Assembly (NCBI GenBank): GCA_963693365.1
Contig: CAVNZM010000006.1
Span: forward strand, 6,179,264-6,243,263
DNA from: Amoebidium appalachense
Taxonomy: Eukaryota > Protista > Ichthyosporea
Direction of reading: 5' to 3'
Length of the DNA: 64,000 bases
A model generated the notes under the pieces. The model was not told where the DNA came from. It did no database searches and was given only the letters and a program-made list of their open reading frames with translations. Shown one piece after another: positions 44,321-58,874 of the stretch (its first letter is position 1; each line of letters opens with the position of its first letter). Position numbers and translations under genes: made by a program.

Positions 44321-46733
44321 GTCTCTTCTAACTAAAAGTGGCTCTTCTCTGATCTATTTTACTAGCTAATATTAATTAGAAAACTTGGTTGCATTTGTCG
44401 ATGACGGTTCGACACAACACCCGGAGCTTGTACCATGACTCCACCGTACGTACGTATGTACCCCATAGACGACGATGCTCATGGACCCCGGGCCGGACGT
44501 ACAGTGCGTGAACGCACTGTACTCATTCTGAGTCTCGTCTCTTTATGAGTGGAGGGCGTAATATGAAAGGGGGTGCCAATTAGCCTCATTGATATCACAT
44601 CGATATCATCATCAGGACTACACGGGTCACAATATATATGTATAAATAATATATATATGTACTAATGTTAAGGCTTTTCTGAGATATGGCGGGACTGGCA
44701 TGCATGCCCTCCTCCAGCCTGCGGCCCTCCTCAGTGCCAGGCTGGCAGGTACCAGTGCGCATATGCGTCCGCGGAGGCTCACACCACTATTTTTTATTAG
44801 TACTTGTCACTGAGTGGCACGTTCGTTCGTGGCCCCTTACATGCTTGCTATTCATGTTACCGGCCAAGCACACAGACGTACAATACACCCACAAACACAC
44901 GCCCACGCACAGACTTTCTTTGTATACATACTAAGCCAATTTGCTGTATGTATAAGCCAATTTGCCTGTGTGTATTACATCATGTTGTACATTAGCATAT
45001 TAGTTTTCATGTCATGCATGCACTTCCCGCGGCCGACACGGTGGGAGAAAGCGTCCGTGGGCGTGCAGTCGAAAGTCCGAGAAACACCGGAGTGGCGCCT
45101 GCATTCCATGGCGAGGGATTGCATAGTCCCCCCTGAGTCTTATTGCCGATCGAACGGGCCTATAGCTATGTCAAATTTTTCTTTTGACTGGATTTATTCG
45201 ACGGAAAGATATGCAAGTATGCACGGCATACTGAGAAGACAAAAAAAAACTTCACGAGTTATCCAGTAACAAGTGCATACTGAGATACCTGAACACTGTG
45301 TAAAAATCATATAAATACTCAATGTGACAACCAACAAAATTCAACAAAAAGTCTAAAGTGGTCACATTGCCAGCCAGTGTAGCAGATCTAGACACTCGTA
45401 GGGAAAGAGGTAAAACGCGACATAAAAACTCACACCTATCAACATGCTTGCGATTAAAAAGTTCAGCACAAAAGTGGCACCAGTGGCGATGAAAACAAAA
45501 ATTACAACGCCACTGCACAACTTCCCAGGCAATATCAACATCAGAGCACCATACAGACGTATCTACTAGGGTGGTATCCATACGTACAGCAGGAGAAATA
45601 TATCCTGCCAAAGCTCCCAAGAAGCGATAATGATCAGTACGGTGTTGCCCGTCAAATCTATGTCGAAAGAGTGACTCTAATAACAGAGGCTTACAGAGTG
45701 GCTGCCGGCAAAGCGGAATTGTCTGGGTAAGATACAAGATTTATAAAAGAAGGCAGCAAGATAAATACACATACGTGGTTTCGTTGCTTAAGAAACTCAA
45801 AATAAGTACAAGCGTAACACTAATATGCATGCATGCGCATTCGCCATTTTCAGAAGAATGATATTCGAGGTGACTGCTTTCTCTGAATTACAAATTGAAT
45901 GATTGATGCATATTGAGTTATGCTCATTAACGTCCTCCGTTACCTTCGACAAATTACCGAAAATTATTAAGATTCAATTTGTGATCATCCGCAATGTAAT
46001 TAATATTTTTCTTCTATTCTTTACATATATCCACACCTTCGAAAGCCGCAACACCTGAGAATTCAATCGCTGAATCGTTTATGCTTTTACATCAGGGGGG
46101 GGGGGGTCCAAGGTTTATCAGTCGGTGAGCCACAGGCCCAAATACCACCATTAGAAAATCCAATCAAAGTGGCGCAAACTATTGAGCAATGAGCATGAGC
46201 ACAAGAGCATCCAAGCTTCGCATACCACCACGGTGACCGGCGTATTAGCGAAGAAACTCACGTTCCCATTAACATTTGTCTCAAACAGCATATAAACTTC
46301 CTTTCGGCCATATCTTTTTGGTACTCAATATCTCAATATATCATAACCATAACGAAATATCATATTTCTATGTTGGAAAAATCAAGTTTCTCTTGTGAGG
46401 GCTACCTGCTTATTGATATCTTGGCCGCATGCCTCCTGATTGTACGATCTGCTTGCGATGCAGATGATTGGCGGAAAACGGTGGCAACTAAAATACTTTT
46501 CGACCAATAGGAGCGCTGCATCACCATACGTCCCCGCCAGGGCAAAGGCGCCATTTGAAACTCCTATAAAACCGCGGCTACTCGGGTGGAATCCTTCAGA
46601 AAACGCACGAGGTGTGTGTGACAGAGTGCATCTTTCCATCCGCACCCCAACTTCACTAAAGCACAGACAATAGGTGACGTCACAGTTTGTAGCCACAATT
46701 TCGAATAAAGTAAACGCCCTAACACACTCAAAC

Positions 46734-47666
46734 ATGGCACCCCTAAGTGAATCTGTCGACATGCTCAGCTCCCCCAGCTCACCGGACACCACCGACATGG
46801 AGGCACAAAATACGAATGTAGCTGGTTCCGCACACCAATCCACTGGAGGGAAAACACGGCGCAGAAGGACATTCAAGGAACTCTCGCGCAACTTCGTGTG
46901 CGAATTGTGCTCAAGGCCATATGCATCTATGCATGCGCTCAAACAACACAAGCGCCTGAAACATGCCTCCTCAGACGACTCCAACCATGTTACCTCATTC
47001 ACTGCCGGTGCCCCCCTCAGCATCCGGCTCAGCGATGGCAATGCTCTGCCCTATGGGTCTCGCGCTCGCGCTCATTCTACTCCAGAAGTTCCCTCTCATG
47101 CAATCAGCACGCCGTCCACTCCTGCATTTTTGTCAGCATCCGGAAGCAACCGGGCACCCAGTCTCGATGCTTGCTCGTTCCCTACCATGTCCAGCCCGAC
47201 CGCACATGCGCCATGTGGAAGTAATTGCGACAGCAGTTACCCGTGCACACCGTTTTCTTCGTATGAGACACACAAGAGGTGTACACATGTGAGCCCAGCT
47301 GCCGATGTAGAAGAGCATTTCGCACGGGCGCTCAGTGCAAGACGTACAATGTCTGCGCCGCTCATCAACACGAGCAGGAGCTTTGGCGAGCAGTTCTCGT
47401 CGCCGCTAGCGCTGGCTACACAGTACGCATCCCATTCCTCGCTCATGTCTGCTATGCTTACGCCTGATGCCATGTACGATGGTGGTATGTTCGGAGGGGA
47501 CAATGGGCACTGCGATGTTGTTTTGGAGGAGGATTGGGCTGCCGAGGACATCAGTGCACTGGCTTCGAACCTGGACTCGTTTATGGCGTCTGTCGAGGGC
47601 GTGCAGACACAGGAACTTCTAAACCAGTTGTTATATGGCTCGACGGATTTGGGAATCCCAGTGTAG
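46734..47666 (+). CDS. Intronless single C2H2 zinc-finger protein, putative transcription factor (310 aa)
   Basis: RRRRTFKELSRNFVCELCSRPYASMHALKQHKRLKH is a basic region plus C-x2-C-x12-H-x4-H, reminiscent of fungal Con7-type fingers. The middle is Ser/Pro-rich and the C-terminus is acidic. Confidence 0.85.
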   Translation: MAPLSESVDMLSSPSSPDTTDMEAQNTNVAGSAHQSTGGKTRRRRTFKELSRNFVCELCSRPYASMHALKQHKRLKHASSDDSNHVTSFTAGAPLSIRLSDGNALPYGSRARAHSTPEVPSHAISTPSTPAFLSASGSNRAPSLDACSFPTMSSPTAHAPCGSNCDSSYPCTPFSSYETHKRCTHVSPAADVEEHFARALSARRTMSAPLINTSRSFGEQFSSPLALATQYASHSSLMSAMLTPDAMYDGGMFGGDNGHCDVVLEEDWAAEDISALASNLDSFMASVEGVQTQELLNQLLYGSTDLGIPV

Positions 47667-48443
47667 GTCTTTGTTTTTTGTTTTTGTTTTTTTGGTTTAT
47701 AACAAATATGCGTATATCTTGATTATGTAATGAATACCAAATTACAAGGCTCTTTTCATTCTCGTATGTGAAATAAGAAAAGCAATTAGCAGTCTCGTGA
47801 CCCGTGACTGAAACATAGATTGTATGAATAATACTACGGAGCTCGGGAAAGAGTTCCGGAAGATGTAGGCAGTGTTGCTTGCTTGAAACAAGACATTAAC
47901 TTGAAACCGTCTCGAACAGTGCACAGAATGTGTATGAACCTGTGGTTCTACGTCCCCAAAAATAGAACATAGAAATATATGATGTTGGCAGCGCGGGTTT
48001 GACTAAAATGTATGTGTGACTGATGCAGACAGTCGGATAATACCGAACTTAGGATAAATGGTTATACGGATATAATCTTCCATACTGATATAGTGTGGAG
48101 CCAAGTAAAGGGTCTCCACAAATAAATTTGTTTCACACAAAAGGAGAAAGCTTCTCAACAGTTGCTGTTCCACCAACCAAGTTTGTCCTTTAATCAAACT
48201 ATTTGACACGTTGTGTTTGATTGACTCCTACACAGAGGAACTCGCTCTTATTGCACTCACTCAAAACCTGCGACGCTCCGGGGCATTTACACTGAGTGCA
48301 GTGTATTTGGTGGAACGGTGCACAGTGCACTCAAACAGAACATGCACCCTACAGTCCACCCTGACAAAGCCAATTAATGTAGCTGAGCCACCGTACAATA
48401 CATGCACTCAAATGGGCAGTGCACCTTATGCCAAACACGCTTA

Positions 48444-49119
48444 GGGCGTGTTTGGCAACCACCCAAAAATCGTATTCGTATATAGGGCGAAAAGACGATC
48501 AATCGTGTTTATAATTATGAAATTAATTTGTGGTATTCGTATTTAGGGGCAATAATACGATTATGGCGCCCCAAACACGCCTAAAAACGAAAGTTGAGCC
48601 CGCCTGTCCCTGATCGTGTCACAGTTTAATCAGTGGAATGCTGAAAGTGTATGTTTCAGATGTTTGATTGGGCGAAGGGGTGCAAACAAAAAATGAAACA
48701 TTTATTACCTCGAAGTGTAATTAAAGTCAATTTTGGGCGTTTTTTCCAGCTTTATTTGTATGTAGATACTTATGTTATTTTTTAATAACATTTATGATTT
48801 TTTTCTACTGCAAAAAAGCATGGGGAAAAGAACAGACATTGAACCGATATCCACCAACCTCAAAGCAAAATAACCATAAAAGGTGCGCCGCGGTGCCAAT
48901 ATTGGATTGGATCAGAGCAATCCAATAGAAGCTCTTTTTAGCTTGAAGTTATATCGTTTCAAAATCACCTCCGGAGGTGATATTCGGAAACACGTATTTA
49001 GAGCGATGTCCATCGTCTTTAGCGTAAATTGAAACCTGTGGCGCGTTTGGCACGACAGATATTCGCCGAAAACACGAATACGATGAAAAGACGATATAAC
49101 TGCGCTGCCAAACACGCCC
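48444..49119. mobile_element. PIF/Harbinger (Tourist-like) MITE
   Basis: Perfect 14-bp TIR GGGCGTGTTTGGCA (48444-48457) / TGCCAAACACGCCC (49106-49119), with TTA duplicated on both sides. Confidence 0.8.
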
Positions 49120-49156
49120 TTACCAAACACGGTGCACTCATATATATGCATGTAAC

Positions 49157-49190
<34 letters not shown>

Positions 49191-50296
49191 CCCCCCTCCC
49201 CCGCCCCCTCCCCCCCTCCGCCCCCTCCCCTCCCTCTTCCCCGCCGTCCGGGACCCTCGAGCGCGATCGTTGTCAAAATCGAGAATAAGAAAGTTTGCAC
49301 AAACATTCGCCCTTCCGAGTAGATCTCCCCCCTCCCTGTGTCCTGCCCGCTCCCCCCCCCCCCCCCCCCCCCCCTCCCCCCCCCTCCCCTCTCCCCCCCC
49401 TCCCCCCCCCCCCAACACACACACACACACACCAACCCACCCCCACCCTCACCCCACGGGGCCCTCTTTCTCTTTGCCCCACACACCGTGTCCCACCGGG
49501 GCCTCTGCAGCAGCAGCTTGCAGCAGCTTATTATGGCGTTATTAGCCGGGGCAGTTGACTTATGGTGACGTCATCGATGCGCACTTGACCAATTATAAGC
49601 ATTCATCTAACTAGGGAGAGGCACTCGTTGAATTTTTGCGTTAAAGTTTCGGAATCATTGAGATAACCTGTAAATGTTACCAGGGTGCCCGCAATCGAAT
49701 CTAGTATCGCCGCCATCACCTAGAATAGGTCAACTGTGTACCTAAAAATGAGAGCCATTGTGAAGCAGCTTCTGAGCATGTAGTAACTGCGATGCTTCGC
49801 TCGAATTTTCTTCGGTAACCACTGTTGACTTGAATCATTTGATCATATGTAAATCTCATTCTCATGAGTCATGAGCCTCATCGTCACAACAGATATCACC
49901 GATTGGAACATTTCTCATCTATCTGCTCTATGGGGTAACTGAGCCGCGTCGGCCGCTTCAGTTTTGCCAAGTTGAAGTAGGAGGCTCATCTCAGCTCTCT
50001 CTCAGTCAGTTGTTCGAACAAGGAGGGAGTTCGGCAGAAACTGAAGACGGTGGGATGGAAACACAAAATGCGACCAATAGAAGGCATTTTAAGAGCGCAG
50101 CAGGAGCATATGTATAACGTTTACGCTTGCCTTCTTTCAAAGCTTACTGGTGGAGGCATGAAGGTGACGGATATCCTGGCTCACGGCTGGCAGTTGGCAA
50201 CTAAAAATGGTATGTTGATAAACCATGCACACACACACACACAGATCCACACACGTTCGCACGAGCACCACGCGCGCGCGCAGCGCACACGCGCTC

Positions 50297-51155
50297 AAGC
50301 AAGCAAGGAAGCATAAATACATACAGACAATCCAAAGATAGGAAGCGATCAGGCCGCTTAGCAAGCACGGAAACAAGCAAGGTTGCACTAAAGCAAGCTA
50401 CCAAGCAACCACGAAACCAAGCAACCCACAGCGAACTTGGCAAAGCCAAGAAAGCCAAGCACACAAGGAATAAACCAATTACGCAACCAACTAAGCACTT
50501 ATCACAGAAACAAGGATGCTTATACTAAGCTAAGCAACCAAGCAAGCACAAAACCAAGCAACTTGCCAACAAGAACGAAGCCAATAAAAGCAAGCAAACA
50601 AGGTTTCGAATCAACCAAGCATGCACCAACCAAAAGCCTTATCACAGAAACAACCATGATTTCGCTAAACCAAGCAACCAAGCAAGCACGAAACCAAGAA
50701 ACCAACAAGAACGAAGCCAAGGAAGCAAACAAGCAAAGAAGCAATCAAGCATGCAACTAACTAAGAACGTATCACAGAAGCAAGCATGCTTTCACTAACC
50801 AAGCAACCAAACCAAGAAAACCATAGCGAGCGAAGCCAAGAAAAGCAAGCAAACAAGGAATCACCAAGCACGCAACAAACCAAGCATCTATTACGGAAAA
50901 AAGCATGCTTTCACTAACCAAACAACCAAGCAAGCACGAAACCACGAAACTCACAAAAACGAAGCCAAGCAGAGCAAGCGAACAACTTGAAGGCACAACA
51001 GGTATTACAGAACAAGCGTTTTTGCACTAAACCAAACAACCAGGCAAGGACGAAACAAATAGCAAAGCAAGAACGAAGCCAAGAAAACTATGTAAAAAAG
51101 GAATTATAATCAAGAACGTTCCCAATCAAACAGTTCCTACAAGCAACCAAGCCAC
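50297..51155. repeat. A/C-rich degenerate satellite, ~115-140 bp units built from CAAG/CAAC subrepeats
   Basis: The unit marker ATYACAGAA...CATGCTTTCACTAA recurs at ~50501, 50641, 50771, 50890 and 51004. Confidence 0.8.
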
Positions 51156-51480
51156 CGAGCATTTAATAAACCCGAGTCAACTGGCGTGCACTGGCACTAT
51201 CAAACACACACACACACACAAATAAAACACACACACACACAGACAAAAACAAGATGAAAAGAGGCTGGGGAAGGGTTTGCTCCAGAGTGGTTGTATGTGT
51301 GTAGTGGGTGAGATACAAAAAGGACGAGTAAGGCATTTAGGTTATGCAGTGTTTCTTAAGATCTTTTTCGGGCTCCAGAGAGCGTCACTCCAAGAGACCT
51401 GCATAAGGATTTACCAAAGGCACGTTGCTGACGACAAGGCCTGGATATCATGCCTTTCACGAACAAACATAAGGTAGCAG

Positions 51481-51520
<40 letters not shown>

Positions 51521-51732
51521 CTCTTCCTTCCCTAATCCCACACACACAGACACGTACACACACCACCGCCACCCGGAGATCTACAACCTCTCTGCAGGTC
51601 TGACTCTACACTTCCTTGCTGTGCTTCTTATTATTGCTCCAGAAACAAGCAGCTAAACGACTTTTACTGCTGATATCCGTAAAGTGTTGAAGTTACTGAC
51701 ACCAAGCCACCACCCACTTATCCACCCTTCTT

Positions 51733-51772
<40 letters not shown>

Positions 51773-52480
51773 TTAAGTGTTGCTTTGCCAATAGAACAAG
51801 TTATGTTGGTAACCTCATCATTACTCTAATACTAAATTAAGACTGAGGCTCTCAGTATGTACACAAGATATCTTTCTATTGATCCCCCCCCCCCCCCCCC
51901 TCCCCCCCCCCCTCCCCCCCCGGAGCCCCAAAAAACAAACAAACAAACAAACAAAGCAAAAAAAACAACAAAAAAAACCAAAAAAAAAAACAAAAACATG
52001 CAATGTCCCCTCCTGCCTCATATTCCCTCTCCTCTTCCCCCACCCACCCTACCCCACCCACCCGGTTTGCCTCACCCGTTCCCCCCCCCCTCCCTCCCCT
52101 CCCCCCCTCCCCCTCCCCCTCTTCCACGGGGGGCCCAACACGTAATCTCACACAGTTAACCTGCTCACATGATGGATGATGGTACGTCCTTTGCTTTTAG
52201 GTGGAAATTCGCATACGCAAAGTTTCTTACGCACGCCAATCTGGGGCAGCAGCAAAGTAATTCCCTACTGAGTCGCTCTCTAACCAGCAGCCAATGCAGA
52301 TGTTTGTTGGCAGGCATGTCTGCCATCCACTGTCCTCAAGATTATGAAGTACAAGGGCCTGGCAGAGTAGGGTGACCGGGTTCCTTAAAGTCGTCTGAAT
52401 ACAACCAGTGCTGTACACCAAGCATCTCAACACCTAATAACGAGTTCCCCCAACGTGCAGAAACTGGACAGTCCCAGTAA

Positions 52481-52522
<42 letters not shown>

Positions 52523-52858
52523 CCCCCGCCGCCGCCTATCCCACCCACACCACAACCAACACTTGCGCCGCCACCACCACCAAAACATCTTTCTATCCCG
52601 TAATCGCTAGCAGACAAATTACACGGTGGCAATGATGTACGAGCAAACGCTGCACTGAGAAGGGGTTGGGAGCGGAGAATCGAGTGTCTGTGTTTACTTG
52701 TGTTACTTTAGGGGGGAGGGGAGGGGGGGGGGGGGGGGGGGGCGGCCGGAGGGGAGAAGGGGGGGAGGGGGGGGGGATTTTCGCTGCAAGAGGATGTGAG
52801 GGTTCAGGGGGTTGCACCCGATGGCATAGCCTTGCCAACCACAATGCGGTCGGAGTTT

Positions 52859-52927
52859 TGGGAAGGTACTTCTCTCAATACAGGGGATCTTATGGGAAGG
52901 TACTTCTCTCAATACAGGGGATCTTAC
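52859..52927. repeat. Exact 34-bp tandem duplication
   Basis: TGGGAAGGTACTTCTCTCAATACAGGGGATCTTA x2. Confidence 0.85.
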
Positions 52928-53648
52928 TAGAAGCCCATTCTCCTGAGCCCCTACATGTATCATTTCTCTTGCATTTTGATTGCCTTACCTCAAATCTCTG
53001 GGGAACAACCGCAGTTTTCTAATGTCAAAAGTTTTTAGCTCGACACCATGCCGATCACTACCATGAAAGTGCCACGACTACAACCACTGTAGGTGCACCT
53101 CTCCATACCTTCACCCCACGACGTTTTTGCCTCTCCCCCCTCAACTCCTATCCCCCTCAACTATTTTTGCCACTAGCTTCCCAACCTCCACCACCTCCCC
53201 TTTTCCTCCTACTTCCCTGCTGCTGTTTTCACAGTCTGTTTCTGACCACCAAACCCCCCCTCCCCCCCCCCCCCCCCCCCCTTCTCCCCCCCCCCCAACC
53301 ACTCCCCAACACACACACACGCACACACACACGTACATGCTGCCAGCTTAGATAGCAGGGAAGCAATTGCAAGACAGTGCACGTGGCTGCAAAACGGCGC
53401 ATAGAGAAGACCTCAGCGGCAGGCACACAATATTCCAGGTAAACTCTCTATCTCTTTTACGCCTATCACCACAAAATAACAGGCCTACTCCTACCTTTAA
53501 CAGTATTTCCCCGCTCAAAGGCAATCCCGGCTCCTTTCTAACTCAAAAGCACAAGGGGATAAGCATGAGGGGAAAAGAACTGTTGCTGTCGTGCGTAGTG
53601 GTAAGGAAGGGAATGTAAGGAAGGGAAAGTGGGAGAGACAAAATAGTA

Positions 53649-53680
<32 letters not shown>

Positions 53681-53865
53681 ATTTCGATTCCTGCATACCC
53701 ACCTTCACCCACACCACTACACACCATTTTTACCCCCCTGCCCCAGCACTCACCCCTACCCCCCTAATTGGATTTTTTTCACATCCCCATCCCCGCCCCA
53801 GACTCATTCCCCTCTCCCCCTCCCACCCCCCCCCCCCCCCCACCCCCACCCCCTCCCCCCGGTCC

Positions 53866-53942
<77 letters not shown>

Positions 53943-54094
53943 GCACCTTCCGGAAAAAAGACGAAGAAGCAAAAGGGAAGGCAGAAAGAAAGCAAGAAAA
54001 AGAAAGGAAGCTATGTAAAGCAAAAGGAAAATAAAAGCAAATAGGATTAGCAGTAAAAACATCTATGTCTCACGTGTCACTTTTTGCATGCCCA

Positions 54095-54130
<36 letters not shown>

Positions 54131-54586
54131 ACACACACACACCACACGCACGCACCCACCCTGGCCTAACTGACTAATTCGGATCACAACTCTTTTTGAC
54201 AGTGGGGAGGCATCTTCGGAACCTTCAGACATATTCGCTGAGGTTCACCCAGATTAGACACACCTATGGTGTCCGGGCAACGTAGACCCCAAACAACCTC
54301 CCCCCCCCTTCCCCCCCCCCCCCCCCCCCCCCCCCCTCCCCCTCCCCTCCCCTCCCCCTGCCCTCCCCCCCATCTCCGTGTCTCGGCTGAAAACCAGGTA
54401 GACGGGGTTTACCCTGTCCGTGCTTGAACCCCAGCCGCAGCGCAGTCTCGTTGAAATGAAAAGTCAAAGGCACTTGTGCCTCAGTGTTTAGGGTTCACTG
54501 CTAGTAACGTCCCCTGCATTTTTACGAGACTGTTGTTGTGGCTGGGTTCGGGCGGCTTGGCTACTGTGTCCGACACATCACCTCCG

Positions 54587-54617
<31 letters not shown>

Positions 54618-57600
54618 GGTCGACGAGAAAAGGTAAGCCCTCTTGTGTGCGTTAACGAAGGATACACCATGTCCAATCAAGATAATCGTGCACAATCTAC
54701 TTTTCAATCAATAGTTCAAACTGATAACGCACATTTTCAGAGTTTTCTACAATCAAATTGATGGTGCATAATATACTTTTTCATCATTCAAGCATTATGC
54801 ACAATTTATATGCTTACTCAATCAAGCTGAATGTGCACAATATAACCAAGTCATCTAACTGTGTGTCAATCACTCGAGCTGAGTATATGACCACCCTCAC
54901 TGCGTTTTTTGATCAATAACAAAGGACATGCTCACTTTGTTTTTCCCCCAAAGACAATCGCACTCGCCCTAGCTTCATCCAATAGCACCATGTATGCACT
55001 CTTTACTTTCCAATTAATCATGTACAATTTAGTTGAGATCATTCACGAGCTCCAAACTTTCCGCCACAGGCCACATTGAAAAAAGTTAAAAGTTTTTTAT
55101 AAAACAAGTCAAGCTTTACTAGGAATATGGTACCAAATCAAGCCCAGTCCTTAACACCTGCATACATAAGCAATAAACTCTGACCGTAGCAGGTGCCTAC
55201 CTAAGCGTTTGGCACCTGTTTATGTTATTCATGAAAGCCCCCCTCCCCCCTCCCCACCATCCGGCCATGTGGTTCCACTAACCTCGACAAGAAAATGTGG
55301 TGAGCTCCTTATTCTGGTCAAAATCTGTAAAGATCTCCATGCTTCTACAGGGTGTTTCCTTCTCCCCCCCCCCCCCCTCGCCCGCCCTTCCCCTCTCTTT
55401 ACCCAATTAATTATAAAAAAACGAAAAAGGACATGCCACATATGCACATGCACAGAGGCACTCACAAAACCACACATACAAGCCCTTTATACCCTACCTG
55501 CCCAGTCAACCCCCTCCCCCTCTTCCCCCCCTCATCCCCACCCCCCCCCCCCTCTCCCCCCCTCCCCCCGCTCCTCTTTCTTTCCTAAATACCTCTCTTT
55601 TATTATTCCCCCCCTCCCTATCTCCTTCCTAGCTCTTCATCATCCTTCCTCCCCCCCCCCCCCCCCCCCCCCCCCCTTCCCTCCCCCTCCCCCCCCCCCC
55701 CCCCAAACAACCCCCCCCTCCCCGCTTCCATCTCAAACCCACACACCTTTCTGCCCACACTACCGCACCCACCCGCACCACACCTATGCCCCCCCCCTCC
55801 CCTCCCCCCCCCCCTCCCCCCCGGCCCTCCTTCCCAGCCACCCACCCCCCCACCTCCTCACTCTTCATCCTGAGGGACACAACCACCAACATCCATCATC
55901 GATCACAGCCACACACTCAATCTCTCTCTCTTTACTCACTCTGCCTCACATTCACACGCGCACACACACACACTCTCTCAGATGGTCTCTCCCCGTCCCT
56001 CCCTCCCTCCCCCCTCCATCTCACCCACCCACCCACCCTTCCTCTCACCCACCCACCCACCCTCTCTTTCTTTCCCCCCCTCCCCCCCACCCTCCACCCC
56101 CACCCCCACCCTAACCCACCCTCCCGTCCAACAACCTGCTTGGACGGGCCCACCTTTCTCTCCTTTTGCCCTCCTCCTCCCGTTCCCCGCCTGTGTAATT
56201 AGTCATTTGGACCTGCCTGTTTCACCTGTTTTCAGACCATCCTCCTCTTTCACCGACTGAACATACTCTTCAAACCAGCTCTCCCTTTTTGATGCTGATT
56301 GTTTTGCACAGATTTGTAATGATATCGATTGGCTGCTCGAGTTCGAGACCCCCTCCCCCCCCCCCCCCCCCCCCCCCCTCCTTTTTTTCCCAAAAAAAAC
56401 AAAAACAAAAAATAAAACTGGCCTGTCTCCACCCAAAAAGACTCTGTGGTACCAAAAAAAAACCTATTCCCCTCCCCCCCCTCCCCCCTTCTCCCCCCCC
56501 CCCCCCCCCCCCCCCCCCCTCCCCCCCACCCACCCCCACCCCAGAATCCCCTCCTTCGTTCTTTCTCCCTCCCGTTACTCCATCGTCCCTACAACCTTCA
56601 GCTGTATGTGGGCCATCTCACGGTATACATACAGTGCACTGTAGTTGTTGTTTCCCGGTAACCGTGTGATCGAGTCGTGTCTCGTTGCCTATCAGCTTTG
56701 TATCTTGTTGGGCAGAGACACTTGTCCAGGTGTGGGCAACTGATATGAAGCGAATTTCTTTCATTCATTATCAGTATCACATATTATTTGCAGGGCATAT
56801 GCATCCCCCCTTCAACCCCTCCCGGGTCCCCTCCCCCCTTCAACCCCTTGCTCCCTTCCCCCCCCCGGGGGGGTCCCGGGGCCCCAGGGCCATCACAAAA
56901 GAACTATCAGCGTTTGTTGCAACGTTTCCATTTCACACGTGAGTGAGTGCTGTGAAAGTTATTGGGGTGACCAGCCCCGGTGATCCCATTGGCCAGAAAT
57001 CTTTCAAAACCGGGGACCAAATAAAAAGCAACCAACGTACAGTGTCCGTCCACAAACAAGATCAGTGGTACATTTTTGGGATGTGGGGATGCAATCGAGG
57101 GTGGGGCCGTGGCCGCCCCACCACGTTTGACCCCCTCTCCCCCCCTGCCCCCCAACACACACACACACACGTACACACCCAACCACCCACCCCAAGATAC
57201 CTGACGGCGTCGTCTTCAATTTGCCTCGTGATCGAAGCTGCACACACTGCACACTGTCACACTTCAACAGTGAACTGAGTGAAACTTCCCTGCCAATTCA
57301 ACCTTCAATGTGAACGTGCTGTTGCCTGAGTCTCCACGCTCACGTAATGTATACAGCGGCAAAACGAAAGCATTGTGTGTATGAGCAGTTAACTGTAGAG
57401 CCCTCCCTTATAAGGGGCAATGGAATTGAAGACTAGACCCCATCTCATTTCAAAGTTAAAACGTCGAGTCATCATGACAAATGCCCGGGACAATATAATA
57501 ATCGAAGCCATGCACACGTGCTCACACGTTTCTGGCGCGATCAATCATGGTCAGAATCATGGATTGAAATTGAAACAAAGCCTTTGTAAACCAATGTGTT

Positions 57601-57693
57601 TGGGGATGTGCCAAATCACAGTCACGGGTTTGTGATTTTTTTAACGAGGACAGAAATAAAAACGGTTTCGGTGGTGATGGTGGTGGTGCCGGG

Positions 57694-57740
<47 letters not shown>

Positions 57741-57932
57741 TGTGTGTCCGGGGGGAAGAGGGGGGGGGGGGGGGGGGGGGGGGAAAGAGGGGGGCAATGT
57801 GTCATGTGCGAGCATGCGTGGGTGGTTGTGGGGGGGCCGGGTGCATGGCTACGGCGTGGGCACGCAGGTGTGCAGATATCTGGTGTGTTTGTGTGTATGC
57901 GTGTGAGTGTGCGTGCATGCGTGCGTGCGCGT

Positions 57933-58013
<81 letters not shown>

Positions 58014-58117
58014 CGTGCGTGTGAGTGAGTGAGTGAGTTGAGTGTGTGTGTCAGTAGATATCTGTGTGTGTGCGTGTGTGTGTGTGTGTGTGTAGGCGTG
58101 TGTGTTTGTGTAGGTAT

Positions 58118-58148
<31 letters not shown>

Positions 58149-58234
58149 CGTGCGCGCACGCGTAATTGTGTGTGTGTGTATGTGTGTGTTTGTGTGTGTG
58201 TGTGTGTGTGTTACTGATGGTGTGCGTACGTGTG

Positions 58235-58275
<41 letters not shown>

Positions 58276-58353
58276 GTGTCAGTAGATATCTGTGTGTGTG
58301 TGTGTGTGTGTGCACGCGCGTCATCGTGTGTGTGTATGTGTGCGTTCGTGTGT

Positions 58354-58415
<62 letters not shown>

Positions 58416-58728
58416 GTGTGTGTGTGCGCGCGCGTGTGTTGTTGATCATAGTATGTGTATGTGTGCTTGTCTGTGTGTGTGTGTGTTGGCTTCAGGAAAA
58501 AGGGAAGGTGGGGGGGAGGAGGGGAGGGGAGGGGAGGGTCTGCCAAATGGTACATACACCATATTGATTTTCTCGGGAGCTAGCCACTTCAACTGTTTTG
58601 TCATTCGCAATTCACCAGCTCAGTCATGGGCACTTCGAAATGTCTATTGCATCAAACACCCTCCCGATGAGGGTAGCATTCATTCATACCGTAGGGGAAA
58701 AGATAACTATCCAAAAGCAAATAGTTAA

Positions 58729-58812
58729 GATTGAAGCGTTCAAAATGTTGACTTTACACACATCTTTCATGATTGAAGCGTTCAAAATGTTGACTTTACA
58801 CACATCTTTCAT
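58729..58812. repeat. Exact 42-bp tandem duplication
   Basis: GATTGAAGCGTTCAAAATGTTGACTTTACACACATCTTTCAT x2. Confidence 0.85.
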
Positions 58813-58840
58813 CAGTCTATTTTTTTCACTTTAACCTACC

Positions 58841-58874
<34 letters not shown>

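Noticed and set aside
46382-47041. 219-aa minus-strand ORF
   Set aside because: It is the antisense shadow of the zinc-finger gene.
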